Shown here: positions 26,599 to 40,580 of the stretch, one piece after another
Position numbering within the stretch: position 1 is the first letter of the stretch
Layout: each line of letters starts with the position of its first letter
Source: the human T2T-CHM13v2.0 reference genome, Homo sapiens
Length of the DNA stretch: 64,000 nt
Assembly: GCF_009914755.1 (NCBI RefSeq)
Contig: NC_060927.1
Strand: one strand, 5' to 3'
Notes under the pieces: model-generated
Database searches by the model: none
What the model was told of the DNA's origin: nothing
What the model saw: the letters and a program-made list of their open reading frames with translations, nothing else
Made by a program: the position numbers and the translations under genes

Positions 26599-26982
26599 TG
26601 GTATGGTATGAATGTCCCCAGAAAGTTATGGGTTGAAACTTAATGTGATAATATTAAGACATGAGGCCATTAGGAAGTGATAAAGTTAAGAAGGTAGAGC
26701 CCTCACGAATAGGATTTACAACATTATAAAAGGGATGGAGGGAACTAGAGAACATCATTTTTGTTCCTCCCTCCCCTCTGCTATGTGTGGACACAGTGTT
26801 CCTTCCCTCCAAAGGATAATATATCAAGGTGCTATCTTAGAAGCAGAGAGAAACTCTCACCAGAGAGCTACTGGTATCTTGACTGTAGAATTTCCAGGTT
26901 CCAGATTACTAGAAATTATGGTTTTATTGTTTATAAAATATCCAATGTGTGGTAATTAATTATAGTAGCACAAACAAATAAA
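26599..26982 (+). mobile_element. MSTD/MSTC-type MaLR solo LTR
   Basis: tggtatggtatgaatgtcccc...tatagtagcacaaac; perfect 5-bp TSD gtagg at 26594-26598 and 26983-26987. Confidence 0.88.
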
Positions 26983-27109
26983 GTAGGAGTCACAATTCAT
27001 GACTCTCAGAGGGAGTTGACCCCTGTTTAGATGTTCACTTGGTGCATCCATGGATGGAGAGATCAAGAGCCTTCTATCTGCAATGTTGCTATTGTCACTC
27101 TGAACCTTT

Positions 27110-28789
27110 CTTTTTTTCTAATATATATATGTAATTCTACATATGTTTCTCTAAGTTCTGATTTTGTGACATGTAAATTTTGATCATTTTATTTTAATTT
27201 CACTTAGTTTAAAACATTTGCTTAATTTTTGTTTTTTAGTCTCCACTGATAGATGTGCTATTTGGAAGTGTGTTGTTAAATTTTCAAATCTTCAGGAATT
27301 TTCCAGGTTGATTTGGGGTATTGATTCTTGTTTTATTGTACCATGTTCTGAAAACATACTTTGTGTGTTTGCCGGTTTTTTTTTTTTTTCATTAGGAAAA
27401 ATGTGTTTTATTGCCTAGAAAATGCTCTATCTTGGGAAATATTACACTTGAGGTTAGGGAGAATGTGTATCACATTCTTGTTGTAAAAAGTAATCATTCT
27501 CTAAATGTCAGATCAAGTGCATTTCAGGTCAATAATATTCTTGTTGATCTTCTTTCTTCTGATCTATCACTTATATACGGATATGTTGAACTTTCTAAAT
27601 ACAATAATGGATTTGTCCATTTCTACTTTTAGTTCTATCAGTTTTTGCCTCGCAAATTTGGATGCTCTAGTTTTAGGTTTACGTAGGTTTCAGATTCTCT
27701 TTGGAGAATTGTCTTATTTATCATTATATAATACCTGTCTTTATCCCTGATAATTACTTTTATTTCTAAAGTCTGTTTATCTTGAAATTAATATAACTAC
27801 AGCTTTCTTTTGATTAGTGTTACATGATATATTTTTATCCCCTTACCTTTAACCTATCAGAGTCTTTAGCTTTAAAGGCATAACTTGTAGTAAACATATA
27901 GCTGAGTCTTCTTTTTTCTTAATCCATTCTGAGAGCCTTTTCTAATTGATGTATTTAGACCACTCTAATTTAAGGTGATTATTGGTATATTTGAATTATT
28001 ATCAACAATGTTTATTACTGTTTTCTTTTTGCTGCTAGAGGCCTTTTTTTACTTTCTAATTTTAATTGAGAATTTGATCTGAATTCACTTTATTTCTTTA
28101 AGTGTATTAATTTCTTTTTTTTTTTATTGTTTGCCCTAGAGTTTACAATTTACAGATTTAACTAATCTAAATCCATCCTCAAAAAACACTATTTCTTTCA
28201 TCTGTAGTGCAGGGAAATGAACATGTTGTATTCCCAATTTCTTACCCCCTTTGTTTCTTGTAATATTACTGGCATACATTTCACTTATCTATATGGTATA
28301 ATCACTCAATATATATGCTATTATTATCTTAAACAAATAGATACCTTTTAGATTAATTAAGATTTTAAAAAATCGTACAATTATACTTGCATTGTTTTCT
28401 TTCTAACACTTTTCCTTTCATTATGTAGATTTGTTATTTTATTTTATTTTATCCAGAATAACATCTTCTTTTTATTATCATTTTATTTCTCCCAGAAGGA
28501 CCTTTTTTTCCCACATTTTTTGCAGGGCCAATCTTTTGGCAATATATATTCCTCATTCTTGTTTGTCTGAGAAAGTTTTTATATCTTCTTCACTTTCAAA
28601 GGACAATATCAATGGACCTAGAATTCAGTCTTGATATTTTATTTTGCTTTAAAAAGAAAACCTTTAAATGTTTTACTTTACTCTCTTTTTTCTTGCACGG
28701 TTTCTAATGAGAAGTCAGCAGTAATTCTTACACTTGTTCCTTTACAGGCAACTTGTCCTTCAGCCCCCAGCTTCCTTCAACACTTTGTT
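27110..28789 (-). mobile_element. Old L1M (MC/M4-type) ORF2 5' to ORF1 region; continues at 37575
   Basis: T-rich antisense L1M motifs (tggatttgtccatttctacttttagttctatcagtttttg; gtttctaatgagaagtcagc). Confidence 0.75.
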
Positions 28790-29983
28790 TTTGGTTTCCT
28801 TTTTGTTTTTTTTTCTTCAACTTTTAAGTTATGGGTACAGCAGGAGGTGCAGTGTTGTTAGAGAGGTAAAGGTGTGCCATGGTGGCTTGCCTTACAGATC
28901 AACTCATCACTAGGCAGTAAGCCTAGCATGCATTAGATATTTTTCCTGATGCTCTCCCTCCCGACCCCCAACAGGCCACTTTGTGTATTGTGGCCCCCCT
29001 TGTCCATGTGCTCCCGTAATTCAGCTCTCACTTATAAGTGAGAACATACAGTGTTTGGTTTTCTGTTCCTGCGTTCCTTTGCTGAGGGTAATTGCTTCCC
29101 GCTCCATCCATGTCCCCACAAAGGACAGGATCTTCTTCTTTTCTATGGCTTCATAGTATTCGTGGTGTGTACATACCACATTTTCTTTATCCAGTCTATC
29201 ATTGATGGGCATTTGGGTTGATTCTGTGTCTTTGTTATTGTGAATAGTGCTACAATGAACACATATGTGCATGTGTCTTTAGAATAGAATGATTTATATT
29301 CTTTTGGGTATATACCAGTAATGGGATTGCTGGGTCAAATAGTATTTCTGGTTCCAGATCTTTGAGCAATTGCCAAACTGTCTTGCACAATGATTGAACT
29401 AATTCCCATTCACATCAACAGTTTAAAAGTGTTTCTATTTCTCCACTTCTCCAGCATCTATTGCTTCTTGACTTTTTAATAATCAGCATTCTGACTGGCA
29501 TGAGATGGTATCTCATTGTGGTTTTGATGTGCATTTCACTAATCATCAGTGATGTTGAGCTTTTTTTCATATGTTTATTGGCTGCATGAATGTGTTCTTT
29601 TGAGAAGTGTCTGTTCATGTACTTTTCCACTTTTTAATAGGTTTTTTTTTTCTTGCAAATTTGTTTAAGTTCTTTTCAGACTCTGGATATTAGAGCTTTA
29701 TCAGATGCATAGACTGCAAAAGTTTTCTCCCATTCTGAAGGTTTTCTGTTCATTCTGATGGTAGTTTCTTTTGCTGTGCATAAGCTCTTAGTTTAATTAG
29801 ATCTTATTTGTCAATTTTTGCTTTTGTTGCAATTGCTTTTGGAGTTCTTGTCATGAAATATTTGCCCATGCCTATGTCCTGAATGATACTGTTAGATTTT
29901 CTTCTGTTTCTTTATAGTGTTGGGTTTTACACTTAAGTGTTTTACCCATTTTGAGTTAATTTTTTTTTTTTTTTGTATAAGGT

Positions 29984-30434
29984 TGTACTAGTCAGGGTTC
30001 TCTAGAGAGACAGAACTAATAGAATAGATATGTATATATAAAGGGGAGTTTATTAAGTAGTATTAACTCACGCGACCACAGGGTATCACAATAGGCCATC
30101 TGCAAGCTGAGGAGCAAGGAAGCCAGTCCGAGTCCCAAAGCTGAAGAACTTGGGAGTCTGATGTCCGAGGGCAGTAAGCATCCAGAACGGGAGAAAAATG
30201 TAAGCTGGGAGGCTAAGCCAGTCTAGCCTTTTCACGTTTTTCTGCCTACTTTATATTTTAGCCATACTGGCAGCTGATTAGATGGTGTCCACCCAGATTA
30301 AGGGTGGGTCTGCGTTTCTCTGCCCACTGACTCAAATGTTAATCTCCTTTAGCTACACCCTCACAGACACACCCAGGACCAATACTTTGCATCCTTAAAT
30401 CCAATCAAGTTGACACTCAGTATTAACCATTACA
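29984..30434 (-). mobile_element. MLT2A1 (HERVL) solo LTR
   Basis: tgtactagtcagggttctctagag...gttgacactcagtattaaccattaca; perfect 5-bp TSD aaggt at 29979-29983 and 30435-30439. Confidence 0.95.
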
Positions 30435-32839
30435 AAGGTGTAAGGAAGGGGTCCAGTTTCAGTTTTCAGCATATGGCTAGCCTGTTTTCCCAGACCATTT
30501 ATTAAACAGGGAATCCTTTCCCCATTATATTTTGTATAGGTTTGTCAAAGATCTGATGGTTGTAGGTGTGTGGTCTTATCTCTGAGTTCTCTATTCTGTT
30601 CCATTGATCTATGTGTCTGTTTGTGTACCAGTACAGTGCTGTTTTGGTTACTGTAGCCCTGTAGTATACTCTGAAGTTAGGTAGAATGATGCCTCCAGCT
30701 TTGTTCTTTTTCCTTAGGATTCTCTTGGCTATACAGGTTCTTTTTAGGTTCCATTCACGTTTTAAAATAGTTTCTTCTGATTCTGTGAAGAATGTCAATG
30801 ATAGTTTAATGGCAATAGCATTGAATCTGAAATTGCTTTGGGCAGTATGGCCATTTTCATAGTATTGATTCTTCCTATCCATGAGCATGGAATGTTTTTC
30901 CATTTGTTCCTGTCCTCTCTTATTTCCTTGAGCAGTGATTGGTAGTTCTCCTTGAGAAAGTCCTTCACTTCCCTTGTTAGTTGTTTTCCTTGGTGTTTTA
31001 TTCTCTTTGTAGTAATTGTGAATAGGAGCTCATTCATGATTGTGTTCTCTGCATCCTTGTTGTTGGTGTGCAGGAATACCTGTGATTTTTGCACATTGAT
31101 TTTGTATCCTGAGACCTTGCTGAAGATGCTTTTCACTTTAAGAATTGTTTGGGGTGAGACTATGGGGTTTTCTAGATATAGGATTTTGTCATCTGCAAAC
31201 AAAGATAGTTTTACTTCCTCTCTTCCTATTTGAATATGTTTTATTTACTTCTCTGCCCTGATTGCCCTGGCCAGAACTTCCAATACTATGTTGAGCAGTG
31301 GTGAGAGAGGGCATCATTGACTTGCACCAGTTTTCAAGATTACTTCCATCTTTTGCTCATTTAGTATAATATTGGCTGTGAGTTTGTTGTATGTGGCTCT
31401 TATTATTTTGAGGTATGTTCCTTCAACACCTAGTTTATTGAGAATTTTTAACATGAAGGGAGGTTAAATTTTATCAAAGGACTTTTCTGTATCTATTGAG
31501 ATAATCGTGTGGTTTTTATCTTTATTTTTTGTGTGTGTGATGAATAACATTTATCGATTTGCATATGTTGAACCAACCTTTCATCCCAGGAATGAAGCCA
31601 CCTGGATTGTTATGGATAAGCTTTTTGATGTACTGTTGGATTCAGTTTGCCAGTATTTTATTGAGGACTTTTACATTGATGTTCATCTGGGTTATTCGCC
31701 TGAAGTTTTTATTTTTTCTTGTTGTATCTCTGCTAGGTTTTGGTATCAGGACAATACTAGCCTCATAGAATGAGTTAGGGGGGAGTTCCTCCTTTTCAAT
31801 TGTTTGGAATAGTTTCAGAAGAAATGTACCAGCTCTTCTTTGTACATTTTGTAGAATTCAGCTGTAAATCTAACTTGTCCTTGGCTTTTTTGTTTTTAGA
31901 ACTTGTTGTTGGTCTATTCAGGGATTCAACTTTTTCCTGGCTCAGACTTTGGAGGGCATATGTGTCCAGGAATTTATCCATTTCTTCCAGATATTCTATT
32001 TTATTTTCATATAGGTGTTTATTATATTCTCTGATGGTTGTTTTTGTTTCTGTGGTGTCAGTGGTGATATCCTTCTATCATTTTTATTGCGTCTATTTGA
32101 TTCTTCTCTCTTTTCTTATTAGTCTAGCTAGTGGTCTATTTATTTTATTAATTTTTTTCAAAAATCAGCTTCTGGATTTATTGATTTTTTGAAGAGTTTT
32201 TCGTGTATCTCCTTTTATTCTGCTCTGATCTTGGTTATTTCTTGTCTTCTGCTAGCTTCGGGTTTTGTTTGTTTGTTTTTGTTTTCTCTTGTGTCTCTAG
32301 TTCTTTTAGTTGTGATGTTAGAATGTCAATTGGAGATCTTTCTAGCTTTTTAGTGTGGCCATTTAGTGCTATAAAGTTCCCTCTTAACACTGCGTTAGCT
32401 GTTTCCCAGAGATTCTGGTACGTTGTTCCTCTGTTCTCATTTATTTCAAAGAACTTCTTGATTTCTGCCCTTAATTTCATTATTTACCTAGAAGTCATTC
32501 AGGAGCAAGTTCTTCAATTTTCTTGTAGTTTTGTGGTTTTGAGTGAGTTTCTTAATCTTGAGTTCTAATTTGATTGCACTGTGGTCCGAGAGACTGTTAT
32601 GGTATCAGTTATTTTGAATTTTCTGAGGAGGTTTTTACTTCCAATTATGCGATTAATTTTAGAGTAAGTGCCATGTGTTGCTGAGAAGAATGTCTTTATG
32701 TTGTTTTTAGGTGTAGAGTTCTGTCAATATCTATCAGCTCCACTTGAACCAGATGTGAGTTCAAGTCCTGAATATCTTTGTAAATTTTCTGTCTCTATGG
32801 TCTGTCTGGTATTGACAGTGGGGTGTTAAAGTCTTCCAC

Positions 32840-33408
32840 TGTATTAGTTAGGGTTCTCTAGAGGGGTAGAACTAATAGAATATATGTACATACGAAGGGG
32901 AGTTTATTAAGAAGAATTGACTCACATGATCACAAGGTGATTCTCTATGATAGGTTGTCCTCAAGCTGAGAAACAAGGAGGCTAGTCTGAACCCCAAAAC
33001 CTCAAAAGTGGGAAAGCTGAATGTGCAACCTTCAGTCTGTGGTTAAAGGCCCAAGAGCCCCTGGCAAACCACTGGTATAAGTTTAACAGTCCAAAGCTGA
33101 AGAACTTGGAGTCTAATTTTTGAGGGCAGGAAGCATCCAGCATGGGAGTAAGGTGAAGGACGGAACACTCTACAAGTCAACTTCTTCCACCTTTTCCTGC
33201 CTGCTGTTGCTACCCATACTTGCAGCCAAATGGCTGTAGCCCACCCACACTGAGGGTGGATCTTCCTGAGGGTGAGTCTTCCCCTCCAAGTCCACTGATT
33301 AAAATGTTAATCTTTTCTGGCAACACTCAGAAACACCCAGATACACCCAGAAACAATACTTTGCATCATTCAATCCAATCAAGTGGACTCCTAATATTAA
33401 CCATCACA
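32840..33408 (-). mobile_element. MLT2A2-type 3' LTR of a HERVL provirus
   Basis: tgtattagttagggttctctagagg...atattaaccatcaca; adjoined by a polypurine tract (reverse complement aaggggtggact, 33409-33420). Confidence 0.9.
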
Positions 33409-34307
33409 AGTCCACCCCTTGTCAACTAGAACCCATACACATCTCCAAATAAAGACAAAGATAAGGTCATAATTAAGCCTAACATAATACAGCTATCCTT
33501 AGTATAACCAGAAGTACACTAATTCTTAACCTAAATGCTATTGCATAAAGTTAACAACATTTAAATGCTGATACGAAGTCTGTAAAACTTATGTCACATA
33601 TTAAAGGAAAAAGGAAAGAAAATGAAGATATTTTCTTAGCACAAGTATATACATACACAAACATGTTCTTAACAAAATAAGGAGAAAATACTCATGACAG
33701 TTACAGTACTCATTTCTGTAACTGGTCACGGGATCGTAGCTAGTATTGATGAATACCTTCTTCTTCTTGACTTCAGAAAGCACCTCAGAGGTCCTGGTTT
33801 TTTACCTAGTGTAGTGATCCAAACCTTCATTCTTGAGGGTTCTGGGCCATTTGTAGTCCTGCCTGGATTGGGTCGTTGTAGTTTCCCATTGACCTTAATC
33901 ACAGGGCATGACAATACTAAGAGACACCCTATGGGATCTCCTGTATTTCACACAAATCCTTCTTTACCTCCATTGTGAAGTAGTAGACTGATGTCATCTT
34001 AATAGTCTGGTCAGTCACCCCAGCCAACACTGTAACTTCCTTCTTAGCCTGTTGATTCAGAGGAAGGAAGAGCCCAAAGTGGCCAGGTAGCAATCTTAAC
34101 TTCCAGTTTAATGGAATCATTGTGTCTCCTGGTAGCAACATTTCTCCCCTGGATCTAAAACCTCTAGGCCAGCGAAACTTAATGTTGTGGGAATAGGAAG
34201 AAAAATTTTGCTAGTGGGTTACTAGGGGTGATGGTGAGGGATGCCACTTGCACTTCAACTCCTTGATTTCTGAACCCATGAATCCTAGCTATGGGAGAAC
34301 CATCACA
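33409..34307 (-). mobile_element. HERVL internal 3' remnant plus a 10-bp stub of the 5' LTR
   Basis: Polypurine tract; integrase-end/dUTPase-like coding remnants; terminal aaccatcaca (34298-34307) identical to the LTR terminus at 33399-33408. Confidence 0.88.
33726..34290 (-). pseudogene. HERVL pol C-terminus / dUTPase-like remnant, frameshifted
   Basis: LLPGDTMIPLNWKLRLLPGHFGLFLPLNQQAKKEVTVLAGVTD followed by CPVIKVNGKLQRPNPGRTTNGPEPS. Confidence 0.8.
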
Positions 34308-34747
34308 CCCATTATTTGTGTGTGAGTCTAAGTCTCTTTGTAAGTTCTAAGAACTTGTTTTGTGAATCTGGGTGCTCCTGTATTGTGTGCATATATGTTT
34401 AGGATAGTTAGCTCTTCTTGTTGAATTGAACGCTTTGCCATTGGGTGATGCCCTTCTTTGTCTTTGTGATCTTGGTTGTTTTAAAGTCTGCATTGTCTGA
34501 AACTAGGATTGCAATATCTGCTCTTTCTGTTTTCCATTTGCTTGGTAAATTTTCCTCCATCCCTTTATTTTGAGCCTTTTTGTGTCTTTGCTTGTGAGAT
34601 GGGTCTCTTAAACACAGCACACCAAGGGTCTTGACTCTTTATCCAGCTTGCCATTCTGTGTCTTTTAATTGGGGTATTTACCCCATTTACATTTAAGGTT
34701 AATATTGTTATGTGTTAATTTGATCCTCTCATCATGATGCTAGCTGG

Positions 34748-35800
34748 TTATTTTGCAGATTTGTTTATGAGGTTGGTGCATATTGTCACTGGTCTGTGTA
34801 CTTCAGTGTGCTCTTGTAGTGGTTGGTAATGGTTCTTCCTTTCCGTATTTAGTACTTCTTTCAGGAGCTCTTGCAAAGCAGGCCTGGTGGTGATTAATTC
34901 CCTCAGCATTTGCTTGTCTGAAAAGGCTCTTATGTCTCCTCCCCTCATGAGGCTTAGTTTAGCTGAATATGAAATTCTGGGTTGAAAATCACTTTCTTTA
35001 AAAATGTTGAATATTGACCTCCAGGCTCTTCTGGCTTATAGGGTTTCTGCTGAGAAATCTGCTCTTATTCTGAGAGGCTTCTCTTTGTAGATGACCTTGC
35101 CTTTCTCACTGGCTTCCCTTAACATTTTTTTCTTTCATTTTGACTTTGGAGAATCTGACTTTTATGTGCCTCGGGGCTGATCTTCTTGTGGAGTATCTTA
35201 CTGGGGTTCTCTGGATTTCCTGAATTTGAATGTTGGCCTGTCTTGCTAGGTTGGGGATGTTCTCCTGGATGATATGCTGAAGTATGTTTTCCAACCTGGT
35301 TTGTTTTCCCCGTCTCTTTCAGGTACTCCAATAAGTCATAGGTTTGGTCTCATTACATAATCCCATATTTCTTGAGGGTTTTGTTTGTTCCTTTTTCTTC
35401 TTTTTTCTTTATTCGTGTGTGTCTGTCTTATTTCAGCAAGAATAGTCTTCAAGCTCTGAAATTCTTTCCTTTGCTTGGTCTCTTTAGCTATTGGTATTGT
35501 GGTTGTATTGTGAAGTTCTCATGTTTTGTTTTTCATCTCCGTCAGGTCATTCATGTTCCTCTGTAAACTGGTTACTCTGGTTATAAGCTCCTGTAATGTT
35601 TTATCATGGTTCTTAGCATCTTTGCACTGGGTTAGAACATGCTCCTTTAGCTCAGTTAAATTTGTTATTATCCATCTTCTGAAGCCTACTTCTGTCAACT
35701 CATCCATCTCAGACCCAGCCCAGTTCTGTGCCCTTGCTGGAGACATCCTGTGATTATTTGGAGGGGAAAAGGCACTCTGGCTTTATGAATTTTTGGCATT
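34748..35800 (-). pseudogene. Disrupted L1 ORF1p
   Basis: Peptides ENILQHIIQENIPNLARQANIQIQEIQRTP and FSDKQMLRELITTRPALQELLKE in separate frames. Confidence 0.9.
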
Positions 35801-36213
35801 TTATGCATTGATTACATCTCATCTGTATGGGCTTATCTACTTTTGATCTTTGAGACTACTGACTTTTGAGTGGGGCTTGTGTGTGACCTTTGCTGTTGTT
35901 GTTGGAGTTGCTTTCTGCTTTTTCTTTTATTTTTATCAGTCAGGCCCCTCTTCCATAGGGCTGCTGAGGTTTGCTGGGCATCCATTCCAGACCCTATTCA
36001 CCTGGGTCCCTTCCACGCCTGGAGGTATCACCAGTGGAGTCTGCAAAATAGCAAAGATGGTAGTCTGCTCCTTTTCTGGGAGCTCCATTCCAGAGGAGCA
36101 CTGACCTGATGCCAGCCTGAAGACTCCTGTATGAGGTATCTGCAGACCCCTGTTGGGAGGTCTCATCCAGTCAAGAGGAATGGGATCAGGGACTTGCTTA
36201 AAGAAGCAGTCTG

Positions 36214-36519
36214 GGCTGGGAGCAGTGGCTCACGCCTGTAATCCCAACACTTTGGGAGGCTGAGGCAGGCGGATCAAGAGGTCAGGAGATCAAGACCATC
36301 CTGGCTAACATGGTGAAACCCCGTCTCTACTAAAAATACAAAAAAAAAAAAAAAAAAAAAATTAGCCAGGTGTGGTGGCAGGCGCTTGTGGTCCCAGCTA
36401 CTCAGGAGGCTGAGGCAGGAGAATGGCATAAACCCAGGAGGCGGAAGTTGCAGTAAGCCGAGATCGCGCCACTGCACTCCATGCACTCCAGCCTGGGCGA
36501 CAGAGCGAGACTCCGTCTC

Positions 36520-36545
<26 letters not shown>
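36214..36545 (+). mobile_element. AluY-like element in the L1 5'UTR
   Basis: TSD aaagaagcagtctg / aaagaagcagtttg; expanded middle A-tract; small duplication tgcactcca x2; long pure poly-A tail. Confidence 0.95.
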
Positions 36546-36550
<5 letters not shown>

Positions 36551-37574
36551 AGCAGTTTGGTTGCCCCTTGGGATAGCAGGTGTGCTGTGCTGTGGGTAAG
36601 CCCCTTGTCCAGACTTCCAGACTGCCTGGACTCTCCAGAGCCAGCAAGCAGGAAAGACTAAGTCAATTGAACTGCAGAGACCATGTTCGCCCCTCCTGCT
36701 AGGGGCTCCATTCCAGGGAGATCAGAGTTCTGTCCGTAAAATCCTGGCTGGAATTGCTGAAATTCTTGTAGGGACACTTCCTGGAGGAGGAATAAATCAG
36801 GGTCTCACTTAAAGAAGCAGTCTGGCCATGATCTGCCACAGCCACTGTGCTGCACTGTGGGGAATTGCTCCCAGTCCAAACTGCCCACTCTCAGCACTAG
36901 CAAGGGAAAACGGCTTACTGGGGCCACAGTGATGGTGGCCACCCCTCTCCCGGGGGAACTCAGTTGTCTCAGGTAATCTCCAGTCAGCTGCTGATGGCTG
37001 GCAGAGATTCCAAGTCAGTGGGTCTTAGCTTGTGAGGTTCTGTGGGAGTGGGCAGCTGAATGGCATAGCTTGTCTCCCTAGTTTCAGCCGCCTTCCTACA
37101 GGAATGGATGAAACTCCTGCCTCACCAGAATTCGCTGAGCCAGAGTATGCAAAAGCTCCTGTGTCTCAGTGCCTGACCAGGTGACTGCTGACCCGAATGG
37201 CCACTGAGAGTCTGCACAGCTGTGTGCTTGGGACCCAAGGCCCTGGTGGTGTGGGCTCAGGAGGAGATCTGCTGATCCATGAGTTGCAAAGATCCGTGAG
37301 ATAAAAAAGTGATTTCCCAGGTGGGGTGGCACAATCACTCACTGCCACCCTTGGCTGGGGGTGGGAGCTCCCCTTGCTCTTTGCCACTCCCAAGTGGGCC
37401 ATTGCTTCACCCTTCTTTTCCTCATTCTCCATGGGTCACACCAATCACCTAGACATTCCCAATGTGAGAACCTGGATACCCCAGTTGAAGGTGCGGCATT
37501 TACTTGCCATTTTCATTCTTCTCAGTGAGAGCCGCAGACTGCAGCTGCTTCTAATTGACCACCTTGGGCCAGGA

Positions 37575-39480
<1,906 letters not shown>

Positions 39481-39596
39481 TGAAGCCTGAAATGGTTTAA
39501 CGAGATTTTTGCTACAAATGCTTAGAGAGTTTGGGTATGATATTGTGAGGGCATGTCACTTACACAAACTGTTGAATGTCTCAAGAATGGAGAGAC

Positions 39597-40060
39597 AATT
39601 TTCTATCCGTTGGGTTCTTTGAAAAACAGGGCACGGGCCTCACAGTGCTAGTTTATTAGAGAGTAACACTTGCCTAGGTAAAAAGAGGAAGGAGGCATAA
39701 TTTGTTAGAAAAAGGCTTCAGAACAGAATGCAGAAATGAAACCAGTGAAAGAAAGGTGGGAATGAGTTGGCATGTAGTACCACAGATGATGAAGAATACC
39801 TGAAAACGTCTTAGTCAACTAAACAGTTTTACAGCAATGATTGTCCATTAAATAAATCCTACAATGGGAAGAGATAGACAGGTGGTAGTCCTGAGGGCTT
39901 TCAGGTAAGTTTATAGTCATAGTTCTAAAGCTGAAGCAGATCCTGAAGACATTGCATCTGGAAGCTCTTGGCTAAGTATACTTTTTTTTTTGTTTTGCAG
40001 CTGAACAGCATACTCTTCCTTGAATGCAGGTATGAGCAAAATACTTTCATGGTTGTCACA
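39597..40060 (-). mobile_element. LTR16-like ERVL LTR
   Basis: ttgggttctttgaaaaacag...gtttattagagagtaacacttg...gaggaaggaggca. Confidence 0.5.
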
Positions 40061-40118
40061 GCTGTCTATTAGGAACATATGTGCAGATATGCCTAGATTA
40101 GAGGCGGGTCTGGCTCCT

Positions 40119-40149
<31 letters not shown>

Positions 40150-40167
40150 TCAAGCTCCCAGTCTTTC

Positions 40168-40580
40168 TACATTAGTCTGTTTTTGTGTTGCTATAAATAC
40201 ATACCAGAGATTGGGTAATTTGTAAAGAATAGAAATTTATTTCTCACGTTCTGAAGGCTGGGAAGTCTAAGATCAAGGTGCCAGCAGGTTTATTGTCTGA
40301 TGAAGATTCAGTCTTGGCTTCCAGGATGGTGCCTTAGGTGACAGGTGTCCTCCAGAGGGGAGGAACACTGTGTCCTCACACAGAAAAAGGGAGAAGGGCA
40401 AAAAGGGGCAAACTCTTCATCAATCCCTTTTATTAACCTAAGCACACCTAATCTCATTCACGAGAACTTTAGCTTCATGACTCGATCACTTCCCAACGTT
40501 CTTACTTCCCAATACCGTTGCACTGAGAATTAAATTTCAATATGAACTCTGGAAGGAACACACACATTCAAACCATAACA
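40168..40580 (-). mobile_element. MST-family (MSTC/MSTD-like) MaLR solo LTR
   Basis: attagtctgtttttgtgttgctataaa...aagatcaaggtgccagcagg...cacattcaaaccataaca. Confidence 0.88.

Larger units (their letters stand above)
29100..34690 (-). pseudogene. Disrupted L1 ORF2p (endonuclease / reverse transcriptase)
   Basis: Peptides [12 protein letters not shown] (RT active-site motif), [21 protein letters not shown] and ADIAILVSD; many stops and frameshifts plus two LTR insertions. Confidence 0.9.
28801..37573 (-). mobile_element. Full-length L1PA10-PA13-like LINE-1, inactive, interrupted by MLT2A1, MLT2A2/HERVL and AluY
   Basis: 3' end ttcaacttttaagtt...; ORF2 and ORF1 remnants; 5' terminus (reverse complement ggcccaaggtggtcaattagaagcagctgc); TSD tttggtttcct / tttggttttct. 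Confidence 0.93.

Noticed and set aside
29984-33408. LTR-L1-LTR composite (chimeric retroelement bounded by two MLT2A LTRs)
   Set aside because: The LTRs are different subfamilies, each insertion has its own TSD (aaggt; cccac-like), and the L1 is continuous across both. They are two independent insertions.
36197-36828. Direct repeat cttaaagaagcagtctgg about 600 bp apart
   Set aside because: From recalled consensus, an intrinsic repeat of this class of L1 5'UTR; one copy also served as the AluY target site.
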